64,000 nt of DNA from Blastocatellia bacterium (GTDB taxonomy: Bacteria > Acidobacteriota > Blastocatellia > UBA7656), in contig CAVXWP010000007.1 of NCBI GenBank assembly GCA_963765495.1, positions 288,001-352,000 on the forward strand, given 5' to 3'. Of this stretch, positions 1-8,790 are shown piece by piece (position 1 is the stretch's first letter; every line of letters begins with the position of its first letter). Made by a program: the position numbers and the translations under genes. The notes under the pieces were generated by a model. The model made no database searches. It was not told the DNA's origin and saw nothing but the letters and a program-made list of their open reading frames with translations.

Positions 1-1
1 C

Positions 2-343
2 GAACAGACGGCCGAGATGGAGTACAAATTAAAACTCACCGAGGCTATAATAAATTCAATGACGCCCGACGAGAGGCGTGACCATGGTCTTCTCAATGCG
101 TCGCGTCGCAAACGCATCGCCCGAGGCAGTGGAACGAGTGTTCAGGAAGTTAACCAGATGATTAATGAATATCTGGAGATGCGCAAGATGATGCGTATGA
201 TGACTTCCGGTGGGATGGGAGGCCTTATGGGTGGGCTGGGTGGTCGTCTTGCAGGTGGTCTTATGGGGGGCGGTCTCCCCGGATTTGGATCGGGCAACCG
301 TCGCAAGGCTACCAAAAGAAGGAAAAAGAAAAAGAAACGGTGA
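2..343 (+). CDS. ffh: Signal recognition particle protein Ffh, C-terminal M domain (5'-partial)
   Basis: EAIINSMTPxER...NASRRKRIARGSGTSVQEVN M-domain motif, Met/Gly-rich tail, canonical position upstream of rpsP. Confidence 0.95.
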   Translation, partial: EQTAEMEYKLKLTEAIINSMTPDERRDHGLLNASRRKRIARGSGTSVQEVNQMINEYLEMRKMMRMMTSGGMGGLMGGLGGRLAGGLMGGGLPGFGSGNRRKATKRRKKKKKR

Positions 344-457
344 GACAGAATTTTCGACTATAGTTTTCGTTAAGAGTTCAGTCATTTGTAAATTTCGGGT
401 TGAATGAAGTTATAGCTTCTAATATCCGCGATATGCAATCGAACATGGAGGTGAAAT

Positions 458-718
458 TTGCTAGCGATCAGGTTAACCAGAATGGGGGCGAAAAAGAAGC
501 CCTTCTATAGAATCATTGTTACTGAAAAACGGTCGAAGCGAGATGGTCGCTTTATCGAATCCGTAGGATATTATGACCCTTGCCGTAACCCGGCCGATGT
601 AAAGCTCGACCGCGAGCGGCTCAACTATTGGATTGAACGCGGGGCGCAGCCGACCGAAACGGTGCGGAGCATTATCAAGCGCAATTCCAAGCCCAGCAGC
701 GTCGAAGCAAGCGCATGA
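458..718 (+). CDS. rpsP: 30S ribosomal protein S16
   Basis: [18 protein letters not shown]...RDGRFIE..GYYDP...GAQPT; TTG start after GGAGG. Confidence 0.98.
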   Translation: MLAIRLTRMGAKKKPFYRIIVTEKRSKRDGRFIESVGYYDPCRNPADVKLDRERLNYWIERGAQPTETVRSIIKRNSKPSSVEASA

Positions 719-800
719 ATTGTTCGCGCCGTCGTGTAGTTTTTCAGTCACCGGCCGCGCCGCGCTTCCTTCCTCACACGCGTTCCGAAGGAGGCGGCTT

Positions 801-1046
801 ATGAACGACAGTTCATTGAAGGAAGTCATTGAGTCCATTGCCAGGGCTCTCGTGGATTCTCCCGAAGAGGTGGCGGTCAAAGAAATTGATGGGGAAGCAA
901 CGACAGTACTTGAGTTGCGGGTCGCTCCACAAGATCTGGGAAAAGTCATCGGCAAGCAAGGTCGCACTGCCCGGGCGATGCGAACTATTTTGCGAGCGGC
1001 CGGTATGAAATTGAAGAAACGGTTCGTGCTCGAGATATTGGAATAG
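801..1046 (+). CDS. khpA: KH-domain RNA-binding protein (KhpA/YlqC)
   Basis: [17 protein letters not shown] GxxG KH motif; ATG at 801 after AGGAGG; lies between rpsP and rimM. Confidence 0.93.
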   Translation: MNDSSLKEVIESIARALVDSPEEVAVKEIDGEATTVLELRVAPQDLGKVIGKQGRTARAMRTILRAAGMKLKKRFVLEILE

Positions 1047-1588
1047 TGGGCGTCATGGGAAACAATCAGGCGGGCGAAGAGGATGTTACGATAGCCCGCA
1101 TAATGAAGGCCCGGGGTATACGTGGGGAAGTGGCTTGCCGCATAGATACCGATTTTCCTGACAGATTTGCTACGCTTGAGCGGGTCAGTGTAAAGATGCC
1201 CGACGGTAAGCGGCTGGCCCTCACCGTTGAGGATTACTGGTTTCATAAGGATCGAGTGATCTTGAAGTTTGCAGGGTATGATACGCGAACTCTGGCTGAA
1301 AGCCTCGCGGGCGGCGAACTGGTAATTGCCGAATCCGATGCCCGACTGCTCGACGAAGACGAATTTTACGAGTATGCGATCATAGGCTCTGAGGTAGTGA
1401 CCACCGAGGGAGATATGCTTGGCCGGGTGAGCCAGTTATTGCGAACGAGTGGAAGTGATTTACTGATGGTTTTGAGCAACGAAGGGCGCGAGTACATGAT
1501 TCCCTTCGTTGATGATATTTGCACCGAAGTGGATGTAGAGGCAAAGCGGATCACGGTTGACCCGCCGGAAGGGCTCTTGGAATTGTAG
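1046..1588 (+). CDS. rimM: Ribosome maturation factor RimM
   Basis: GIRGEV N-terminus, DEFY, MIPFV, DPPEGLL PRC-barrel C-terminus; synteny. Start could be ATG 1055. Confidence 0.95.
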   Translation: MGVMGNNQAGEEDVTIARIMKARGIRGEVACRIDTDFPDRFATLERVSVKMPDGKRLALTVEDYWFHKDRVILKFAGYDTRTLAESLAGGELVIAESDARLLDEDEFYEYAIIGSEVVTTEGDMLGRVSQLLRTSGSDLLMVLSNEGREYMIPFVDDICTEVDVEAKRITVDPPEGLLEL

Positions 1589-1691
1589 ATTTTGGATTTT
1601 GGATTTTGGATGTAAGTGGCTTAATCCAAATCGTATCGGGTACGAAGCTGTGTCAAGCGCCGGGAGAATCCAAAATCTAAAATTCAAAATC
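1588..1691. repeat. Inverted heptamer arrays (GATTTTG)x3 ... (CAAAATC-like)x3
   Basis: gattttggattttggattttggat at 1588-1611 and complementary aatccaaaatctaaaattcaaaatc at 1667-1691. Confidence 0.85.
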
Positions 1692-1731
1692 GCGCTGCGC
1701 GAAGCGCATAATGCGCCAAGAAAATCCTGTG

Positions 1732-2481
1732 ATGCGGTTCGATATTATAACGATTTTCCCGGAGATTTTCCGCGAGGTCTTTGATTTTGGAATAATCCGT
1801 CGCGCGGTCGAATCGGGCCTTATCCAGATAGGCATCCACGATCTGCGAGAGTTTACCTATGATCGGCATCATCAGGTAGATGATCGCCCTTTTGGGGGTG
1901 GGGCCGGGATGGTGATGAAGCCTGAGCCGCTGTTTCGCGCGGTCGAAGCTCTCAGGCACGACGCGCAGGCGGACAAGGCGACCACCCTGTTACTGTCGCC
2001 ACAGGGGCGCTTATTCAATCAGCGTGTTGCCGAAGAGTTGTCGCGTGCAGGGCATGCGGTTTTGATCTGCGGGCGATACGAAGGCGTTGATGAGCGCGTA
2101 GTAGAACATCTGGTGGATGATGAAATATCCATCGGCGATTATGTGCTTTCGGGTGGCGAAATACCGGCTATGGTCGTCATTGATGCTGTGACTCGTCTGA
2201 TACCGGGCGCGCTCGGATGTGGAGAGTCTGCCGAGCGCGAATCTTTCACCAAAGGATTGCTCGACTATCCGCATTATACGCGGCCTGCCGAATATCGCGG
2301 ATTGAAAGCTCCCGATGTTTTGTTGAGCGGCAATCACGGCGAGATCGAGCGATGGCGGCATCAGAAGGCCATTGAGAAGACGCTCCGCCGAAGACCGGAC
2401 ATCATCCGAAAAGAAGAATTACCGGATGAAGAACGGCGGCAGATCGAAGAAATTTTAAGAGATATTGAAGAGACTCAATAA
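1732..2481 (+). CDS. trmD: tRNA (guanine-N1)-methyltransferase TrmD
   Basis: VDDRPFGGGAGMVMK, CGRYEGVDER, SIGDYVLSGGE, DYPHYTRP motifs. Confidence 0.98.
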   Translation: MRFDIITIFPEIFREVFDFGIIRRAVESGLIQIGIHDLREFTYDRHHQVDDRPFGGGAGMVMKPEPLFRAVEALRHDAQADKATTLLLSPQGRLFNQRVAEELSRAGHAVLICGRYEGVDERVVEHLVDDEISIGDYVLSGGEIPAMVVIDAVTRLIPGALGCGESAERESFTKGLLDYPHYTRPAEYRGLKAPDVLLSGNHGEIERWRHQKAIEKTLRRRPDIIRKEELPDEERRQIEEILRDIEETQ

Positions 2482-2506
2482 ACTGTGAGTTAGTGAGGTA
2501 ATTGAA

Positions 2507-2962
2507 ATGAATCAATTAGTCCAGTCTGTCGAAGACCGACAGCTACGCAATGATATTCCAGATTTCCAGCCTGGTGACACGGTTCGCGTCCACGTGCGAA
2601 TCAAAGAGGGAGACAAGGAAAGACTCCAGGCTTTCGAAGGGGTCGTCATAGCGCGCAAGCACGCGGGCGTGCGTGAAACCATAACCGTGCGTAAGACCAG
2701 CTTTGGCGTGGGCGTCGAGCGCATCTTCCCGCTGCACGCTACAGTAATAGATCACATAGACGTAGTGCGTCGAGGTCGTGTGCGCCGCGCCAAGCTCTAT
2801 TATCTTCGCAAGCTGCGCGGCAAGGCCGCCCGCATTCGTGAGCGCGACACTCGCGCGGAGCGGGCCGCCGCCGCCGCCAAAGCTGCCGCAGCAGCCTCAG
2901 AGCGATCTTCCAGGGCTGATGTTGCGAGCGCACCGGCTGAAACAGAAACCGGGAATGAGTAA
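2507..2962 (+). CDS. rplS: 50S ribosomal protein L19 with Ala-rich tail
   Basis: [43 protein letters not shown]. Confidence 0.98.
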   Translation: MNQLVQSVEDRQLRNDIPDFQPGDTVRVHVRIKEGDKERLQAFEGVVIARKHAGVRETITVRKTSFGVGVERIFPLHATVIDHIDVVRRGRVRRAKLYYLRKLRGKAARIRERDTRAERAAAAAKAAAAASERSSRADVASAPAETETGNE

Positions 2963-2979
2963 ACGCGAGACAAATTGAA

Positions 2980-3074
2980 CACCTCTTTGCGCTCCTTTAC
3001 GGGAGCGGTAGGAAGAGGTGTATTTTTTATGGACCCTGTCCGGGTGGATAGATTCAGCTACCCGGACAGGCTTT
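2980..3074 (+). terminator. Two tandem hairpins with T tails ending the rpsP operon
   Basis: cacctct...gctcc-ttta-cgggagc...agaggtg followed by tattttt (2980-3028); cctgtccgggtgg...ctacccggacagg followed by ctttt (3035-3074). Confidence 0.75.
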
Positions 3075-3237
3075 TCTATGTCTCTCACAGTCAAATCATC
3101 ATATCCCGATTCAGCCCTCTCGATTTTCGCAATTGAGTCACGCAACCATCTCGGCCCTCCACACGCGTAGCCGGTTCTGGTATCATCACTCGCGTCCTTC
3201 CTGGCGGAGGGGAAATCAAAAGGAAGTTCACTTTCTC

Positions 3238-4239
3238 ATGGCCGAAGCAAATGATCGGGGGAAAATCTTAGTTACGGGAGGAACGGGCTTTGTCGGCAGC
3301 CATCTGGTTGACCGTCTGGTCGAGAGGGGAAAGCGCGTCCGTTGTCTTGTGCGAAGCAGCAGCAATCTGCGTTACCTCAAGCCTGCTCAGATCGAGATCG
3401 TTTATGGCGGGCTGGATGACTCGACGGACTGGGATGAGGCGCTCCGAGATGTCGAAACTATTTATCACGTTGCAGGGCTGACATTTGCGCGTCGTCGTCA
3501 GGACTATTTCAAAGTGAATCATCAAGGGACAGAAGCGATTATTGCTGCTACGGTCCCGCGTCGCAATCAGATAAAGAAATTCATCCAGATCAGTTCGCTC
3601 GCGGCAATCGGGCCGGGACAGGGTAATCGCCCGGTCAACGAAGATACTACACCTCAGCCGGTCACAGCATATGGCCGCAGCAAGTTGATGGGGGAAGAGG
3701 CCGTCACGGCCGTGGCCGATCTTATCCCGGTAACCATAGTAAGGCCGCCCGCTGTTTATGGTCCGCGCGATTACGCGCTATATGAGTTGTTTAAGACTAT
3801 GGCTCGCGGCCTGTCGCCGATGATAGGCAATTATGACAAGCAGATCAGCCTCGTTCACGTTCGAGACCTTGTGGATGGAATAATCCTGGCGGGTGAAAGC
3901 AAGACCTCAACGGGGCGCGCCTATTTTATTTCGAGCGACGAAGTCTATTCGTGGCTTTCAGTCGCGGACCTGGTTGCGAAAGTGATCGGGCGACCTCTGC
4001 GCAAGATAGCGATTCCGCGAAATATAGCCTACGGCCTCGCCGTGGTGGCCGAAGGTCTGGCCGCAGTAACCGGCAAGCCGCCCGTCATAAATCGAGATAA
4101 GGTGACGGACCTCTCACAAACGTGCTGGGGGTGTTCAATCGAACGCGCACGATCAGAACTGGGATACAGCCAGCGCGTGCCGCTCGAAGAAGGGCTTCGC
4201 GAAACCATCTCCTGGTATAGAGGCGAGGGCTGGCTGTGA
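3238..4239 (+). CDS. NAD-dependent epimerase/dehydratase (extended SDR)
   Basis: ILVTGGTGFVG Rossmann motif, YGRSK (YxxxK), RPPAVYGP; ATG 3238 preferred over the ORF-track start. Confidence 0.9.
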   Translation: MAEANDRGKILVTGGTGFVGSHLVDRLVERGKRVRCLVRSSSNLRYLKPAQIEIVYGGLDDSTDWDEALRDVETIYHVAGLTFARRRQDYFKVNHQGTEAIIAATVPRRNQIKKFIQISSLAAIGPGQGNRPVNEDTTPQPVTAYGRSKLMGEEAVTAVADLIPVTIVRPPAVYGPRDYALYELFKTMARGLSPMIGNYDKQISLVHVRDLVDGIILAGESKTSTGRAYFISSDEVYSWLSVADLVAKVIGRPLRKIAIPRNIAYGLAVVAEGLAAVTGKPPVINRDKVTDLSQTCWGCSIERARSELGYSQRVPLEEGLRETISWYRGEGWL

Positions 4240-5183
4240 GCGAATCAGACAGGGCAGAGAGAGAAGCTCCGACCTATATCCCTGACCCGGCAGAAAGCTA
4301 TATCGTTACCCAAGAGCCTTTTTATGCCGGAAGATTCAGCCCCGCCGATAAAGTAGTAATCGCTTACCTGATAATCATCGCCGCGCTCGCGGTTGTGTTC
4401 GCCGAGCGCGTGAATTCCTGGTGGCAGGTTATCGCGGGTCACGCGCTTCTCATCGCGTTAATCGCTTTGATGGCTAAATGGTCTCGCGGCCTATTTCTTA
4501 TGAGAGGGTGGTATCCGATAGTCCTTATCCCGCTGCTTTACAAGGAACTGGAGTATCTGATACCTCGCATCCATCCGCGTGATTTCGACTGGCAGCTTGC
4601 GGCGATTGATCATCGAATATTCGGCGCGCATCCGACCGTCTTGCTTGAGCGTGTGACGTGGCCGATGTTCACGGAAATCCTTCAGCTTTCCTATATAACA
4701 TACTATTTCCTGCCTCTGATTCTGGGCGGAGTCTTATGGATAAAAGGCTGGTTCAGGCGGTTTCACTTTTTGCTCTTTGTCGTTGTGCTTGGGTTTTTTC
4801 TCTCTTACCTCGGCTACATTGCGGTCCCGGCCACGGGGCCGCGATTCATTCTTGCCGATCAGCAAACCATACCGCTTTCAGGCGTTCTGGTTTTCGATTT
4901 TTTGCGTCACACGCTTGACCGCGCCGAAGGTATAACCCGCGATTGTTTTCCGAGCGGTCACGTAGAACTTACCTTGCTTGTGCTTTATTATGCGCACAGG
5001 TTCCATCGACGCACCTTCTGGTGGTTGCTTCCCTTTGGAAGCGCGTTGATAGTCTCGACGGTTTATCTGCGGTATCACTACGTTATAGACGTGATAGCGG
5101 GCGCTTTGCTTGCGCTTGCGATCATACTGATAGCGAAACCGCTTTACAAAGCGTTGGGCGGATATGCGGGGGGAAAGCTTTAA
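4236..5183 (+). CDS. PAP2-family membrane phosphotransferase (AUR1/IPC-synthase-like subfamily)
   Basis: Multi-TM; PATGPRF, CFPSGH, STVYLRYHYVIDV motifs; GTGA overlap with the upstream gene. Confidence 0.85.
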   Translation: MSESDRAEREAPTYIPDPAESYIVTQEPFYAGRFSPADKVVIAYLIIIAALAVVFAERVNSWWQVIAGHALLIALIALMAKWSRGLFLMRGWYPIVLIPLLYKELEYLIPRIHPRDFDWQLAAIDHRIFGAHPTVLLERVTWPMFTEILQLSYITYYFLPLILGGVLWIKGWFRRFHFLLFVVVLGFFLSYLGYIAVPATGPRFILADQQTIPLSGVLVFDFLRHTLDRAEGITRDCFPSGHVELTLLVLYYAHRFHRRTFWWLLPFGSALIVSTVYLRYHYVIDVIAGALLALAIILIAKPLYKALGGYAGGKL

Positions 5184-5247
5184 CAGGATTAACAGGCTTC
5201 CCCCAATTTTCTCTTGAATTCTTGTGAATCCTGTGAATCCTGTCAAA
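5181..5247. repeat. Inverted 9-mer arrays (AACAGGATT / AATCCTGTG)
   Basis: taacaggattaacagg ... aattcttgtgaatcctgtgaatcctgtc between convergent genes. Confidence 0.75.
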
Positions 5248-5253
5248 GTCTTT

Positions 5254-5292
5254 TCACGAATCACGAATTACGAATCACGAATCACGAATCAC
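5254..5292. repeat. Heptamer tandem array (TCACGAA)x5
   Basis: tcacgaa tcacgaa ttacgaa tcacgaa tcacgaa tcac; overlaps the stop codon of the cytochrome gene. Confidence 0.95.
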
Positions 5293-6407
5293 TTCCGGGC
5301 AGGCAAATCAAATTTTGATTCGTCAACAGGCACGTTCTGTTTTATTTCGGCGAACTTCTGCGTAGAGGTATAGGGAGGGCGCGACCACCTGATCGTAAAC
5401 GGCATCTTTACGCCGTCTGTTGTTTTGTAATCTTCGAAGTCGGTTATTTCCGGGATGTTGCCGAGGGCCGTCTTGTATAGCACCAGCTTGCGTAAAAGCA
5501 GCCCGCTCTCGACATCGAAGTAGAGCTTTTCGCGGCTGCCATCCTTTGAAGTCGCCCCGATCGCGTAGACCTCGCGGTTCCTGATCCGCTCTTTGCCAAG
5601 GAGCCTCATCGCGGGATATTGCTCTTTGAGCTTCAGGTAATTATAGAAATCGGCATCGCGTTTTAGATCGCTCAGCTCTTCCCCGCTCAATTCGCGCGCG
5701 GTCTCGTCGCGGCCCGACCAGCCGATTGAACCGTTATATGCCGTCTTGTGAACGCCTCGCGGATAATTGCCAATGGTCAGTATTCGATCCGGCGCTTCCT
5801 GATATATCTCTAACGGCACAGATGTGGGAGGAGTCATCCTGTTAGTGTTGGTCAGCGTTCCTTTCGAGACGCGTGTTCGGAGTCGCTCAATGGCTTGCAT
5901 TCCGCCAATTGCGCGGATGTACTTAGCGGTTATTTCGTCGGCGGAGGGCAGGGAAGCGAGCGCCTTCGGATCGGTCGCTTGTGCTTCCGGTGCTTGCCAT
6001 TCTCCCTGATCTATGGCCGGTGTAGAATCGGGGTTGGGCTGGCCTTTGTGACAGGTAAAGCAATTTACCACCGCGCCGCCGCCATAGTTTTCTTTGTTTA
6101 TGCTCCGCATCATCAGTATCATTCGGCGGGCGCTTTGCTTGGCGGATTGTTGATCGCTTTCCCACGGATTAACGTGGCAAAAGGTACAACCTACGCCGAG
6201 CGAAGTCGACATGAAAGACATAACTCCATCAAGCTCAGAGGCCGGGAGATCTTTAAATACCTGGATGTTTTTGTAAACCTGATCGGCGGTCTTTTCTTCC
6301 TGAGCGTTTGCGGAGGGGGCTTCGACCATAAAGTCTGTTGCTAAAAAAAAGAGCGCGCCTGCTAAAGCGAAAACGAGGGCGGCGCGCGCGAGAATATTCC
6401 TGGTCAT
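5289..6407 (-). CDS. Secreted diheme c-type cytochrome (PufC-fragment-like N-terminus) fused to a beta-sheet, LolA-like C-terminal domain
   Basis: Signal peptide; YKNIQVFK..M..M..SLGVGCTFCH and AxRMIxM..IN...VNCFTCH (two CxxCH); KLYFDxESGLL...FEDYK..DGVKMPF C-terminus. Confidence 0.8.
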   Translation of the reverse strand: MTRNILARAALVFALAGALFFLATDFMVEAPSANAQEEKTADQVYKNIQVFKDLPASELDGVMSFMSTSLGVGCTFCHVNPWESDQQSAKQSARRMILMMRSINKENYGGGAVVNCFTCHKGQPNPDSTPAIDQGEWQAPEAQATDPKALASLPSADEITAKYIRAIGGMQAIERLRTRVSKGTLTNTNRMTPPTSVPLEIYQEAPDRILTIGNYPRGVHKTAYNGSIGWSGRDETARELSGEELSDLKRDADFYNYLKLKEQYPAMRLLGKERIRNREVYAIGATSKDGSREKLYFDVESGLLLRKLVLYKTALGNIPEITDFEDYKTTDGVKMPFTIRWSRPPYTSTQKFAEIKQNVPVDESKFDLPARK

Positions 6408-6417
6408 CTTTTAGCCT

Positions 6418-6810
6418 TCATTTTTGGGGATCGGGACACTTGCAGTCCTCCTGGGTGATTATAGCATCGAAACGTTCTTGCTGTTGCGGGGTAAGCAGGG
6501 CGCGCATGCGCGAGCGAGCGCGAGCGCGCAATGTGTCATATCGCGGGCGCACATCGGCGCAGACCGCCTTGTAGTCGTTGCGGGTCTCGTCGAGGATGGC
6601 CTGCATACCGGATGCCTGATCGGCAGTTAAGTTGAGTTCGCGTTGCAAGGTATCGAAGTAGCTTTCGCTGTCTTTCATGGAAAGCGGTTGAGGAGCAGCC
6701 ACGCTTCGCCCTCGGATTCCTATAAGCGATGCCCCGGTGATACAACCGAGAGCGAAGACTACAAGCAATACGCCCCATATCTTGAACCACATTCTGCGCT
6801 GTGTATTCAT
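6418..6810 (-). CDS. Membrane-anchored Spy/CpxP/ZraP-like (LTXXQ) periplasmic protein
   Basis: N-terminal TM, ELNLTADQ and LLTPQQ motifs, helical, C-terminal CxC. Confidence 0.7.
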   Translation of the reverse strand: MNTQRRMWFKIWGVLLVVFALGCITGASLIGIRGRSVAAPQPLSMKDSESYFDTLQRELNLTADQASGMQAILDETRNDYKAVCADVRPRYDTLRARARSRMRALLTPQQQERFDAIITQEDCKCPDPQK

Positions 6811-7259
6811 CTCTTTGCCTCCGGGTTCTCACCGTTGAAGAGCGTGGCTATCACTTCATCGGTAGACACATTACACTCCGCGTTGTTTGAGATCGAGCAA
6901 GCCTGGAGTGGCGCGATACCACCCGTTCCCGTTTCAGGAGCGCCAATCAGATAATTGCCCGAAGTGGGCGCATTTGGCACATTCGGTCCAGCAGCCCAGA
7001 AGGCTGCCAGGGCCGCTAGGGCGATCAGGGCCATCACGGGTATTGCGCGCCGGGCTGTTGCGAGGGTCGCAAACCAGTCATTTCCAGTCTCGATTTTCGG
7101 CCCCTCATTGATGCGAGCGCGCACACGCGAATACAGAAATGGCGAAGACACGGCCGCTTCGATTTCCTCGTCACTCATGCGAGTGGCGTGTAATACGTTC
7201 ATGCCCGTCTGGTCCAGACGCTCTTCCTGGATATTGAACTTATTTCTTCGGAACATCAT
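6807..7259 (-). CDS. Putative single-TM anti-sigma factor
   Basis: Directly after the ECF sigma gene, GGAGG RBS, SPFLYSRVRARI motif before one TM helix, periplasmic Cys pair. Confidence 0.7.
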   Translation of the reverse strand: MMFRRNKFNIQEERLDQTGMNVLHATRMSDEEIEAAVSSPFLYSRVRARINEGPKIETGNDWFATLATARRAIPVMALIALAALAAFWAAGPNVPNAPTSGNYLIGAPETGTGGIAPLQACSISNNAECNVSTDEVIATLFNGENPEAKR

Positions 7260-7288
7260 TCCTCCACAGGTCGCTTCGCTTATTCTAA

Positions 7289-7921
7289 TCACAGAAATTC
7301 GCTCAACACGCGGCGCAATGCAATCCGCGCCCTGTGAGCGCGCACTTTTACCTTCGAGAAAGACCATCCAACCGTCTCCGATATTTCGTGAATGGAGAGC
7401 CCTTCGGCTTCAAGCAGGGTCAGCACAAGCCGGTCATCCGCGCTGAGACGAGAGAGAAGCTTGTCGGCAAGATCGCGCGAGATTGCTTTGGATTCGGCAT
7501 CTCTCGGAGGGCGATTATCCCGTATACGCGCCTTGAGGATAGCAGCTTCTTCTTCGGCAATATCGCCGGATCTGTGCTCGGGCCGCCGCCGCGCGCGGCG
7601 CAACTCGTCGTAGCAAGTGTTGATTGTAATGCGTGAAAGCCACGCCGCAAACGAGTGTCCGCGCTCAGGCGAGTAACTGTCAAGCGAGAAATATACCTTT
7701 GTGAAAACTTCCTGAATGATCTCTTCAACCTTATCCGAGTGATTGAAAAAACGGCCTCCGATACGCGCGACCTGTTTCTTATGGCGCTCGAATATCTGCT
7801 CGAAGGCAGACTCATCGCCCTCGCGAACAAGCCGGAGAAGCATCTCATCCGTAGCCGTATCATCGGGGCTCGAATTTAATCCTATCGTCGCAAGTCCACA
7901 TTTATCGGTGGCCTCATCCAT
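7289..7921 (-). CDS. ECF sigma-70 family factor
   Basis: GDESAFEQIF, EEIIQEVFTK, FAAWLSRI..NTCYD region 2; VKVRAHRAR region 4. Confidence 0.93.
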   Translation of the reverse strand: MDEATDKCGLATIGLNSSPDDTATDEMLLRLVREGDESAFEQIFERHKKQVARIGGRFFNHSDKVEEIIQEVFTKVYFSLDSYSPERGHSFAAWLSRITINTCYDELRRARRRPEHRSGDIAEEEAAILKARIRDNRPPRDAESKAISRDLADKLLSRLSADDRLVLTLLEAEGLSIHEISETVGWSFSKVKVRAHRARIALRRVLSEFL

Positions 7922-7979
7922 TCGATATCCCTGATCGCCGGTCCGGCGCAATAGCAGCAATCATAAACATCAATACCTA

Positions 7980-8007
7980 TAAACGAGCAAATGAGCCGTT
8001 CGGTTAC
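7980..8007 (-). promoter_or_regulatory. Putative autoregulatory ECF promoter
   Basis: Minus strand GTAAC-17nt-CGTTTA about 60 nt upstream of the sigma start; matches the generic ECF AAC...CGT pattern. Confidence 0.6.
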
Positions 8008-8071
8008 GAAAGGGGGCAATGATTCGTTATTTACGGTAGCTTGCCTTTAATGATGCCTTGTAAGTCAGTTT

Positions 8072-8106
8072 AATCACGGATCACGGATCACGAATCACAA
8101 ATCACG
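8072..8106. repeat. Heptamer tandem array (TCACGGA/TCACGAA)x5
   Basis: aatcacggatcacggatcacgaatcacaaatcacg; overlaps the hydrolase stop codon. Confidence 0.9.
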
Positions 8107-8790
8107 TACCCATCGAGCGATCTCATCCCGGGCCGCTGTGTAGACTTCCTGTTGAGACAAAGGCGCTCTCTTAGGCACCTTGAAAGAATGATCGCCGCCT
8201 TCGATCACAAAGATATCGGCGGGCGCGGATAGCCTTTTGAGGATTGGGCGTAACTCTTCTGGCGTGCCGAACGGATCGCGCTCGCCCTGAACGAAAAGCA
8301 TCGGTGCGCGTATTAGTGAAAGGTGTTCGGCTCGCAGTTGATCGGGTTTGCCCGGCGGGTGGAGCGGATAGCCTAAGAATACAAGCCCGCCGAGACCTTC
8401 TATGCCCGAAGCCGCGACCTGTGAAGCTATCCTCCCGCCGAGCGATTTGCCTCCGATAATCAGTCGGTTTTTTCGAGTCTTCTTGTGCTTGATCGCGGCA
8501 TTGATAGCAGCCAGATAGCAGGCTTCGAGTTTCTCTTTGCGGTCGGGTCCCCCGCGCCCCTTTTCGGCGTAGAGAAAGTTGAACGTCACTATGTCAACAC
8601 CACGCGCTGCAAGCCCTTCGGCAAATCCCACCATAAACGCGCTTGTTTGATTTGCCCCGGCTCCGTGCCCGAGCAGCAATATGACACCCGCGCGCTTGCG
8701 TCCTGCGGCTGAATACAGGAGCGCCGTTACGCGCTCTTCCGGGCTCACTTCGATTTGAAGCTCTTCCGGCATTTTTGCACTCGACCTCAT
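8095..8790 (-). CDS. Alpha/beta hydrolase (KANL3/Tex30-like)
   Basis: HGAGA oxyanion loop, GGKSLGG nucleophile elbow, GYPLHPPGK, GERDPFG, GDHSF; ATGA overlap with the permease stop. Confidence 0.9.
   Translation of the reverse strand: MRSSAKMPEELQIEVSPEERVTALLYSAAGRKRAGVILLLGHGAGANQTSAFMVGFAEGLAARGVDIVTFNFLYAEKGRGGPDRKEKLEACYLAAINAAIKHKKTRKNRLIIGGKSLGGRIASQVAASGIEGLGGLVFLGYPLHPPGKPDQLRAEHLSLIRAPMLFVQGERDPFGTPEELRPILKRLSAPADIFVIEGGDHSFKVPKRAPLSQQEVYTAARDEIARWVRDL

Noticed and set aside
633-800. Longer N-terminus for the KH protein (and upstream starts at 3133, 19878 and 35506)
   Set aside because: The extensions overlap neighbours or promoters; downstream ATGs match family starts or have an RBS.
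5254-5292. Heptamer arrays as CRISPR repeats
   Set aside because: Units are 7 bp and contiguous, with no 23-47-bp repeats, no unique spacers and no cas genes.
5289-6407. PufC-like cytochrome as evidence of phototrophy
   Set aside because: Only two hemes, fused to an unrelated domain; no reaction-centre or bch genes in the window.
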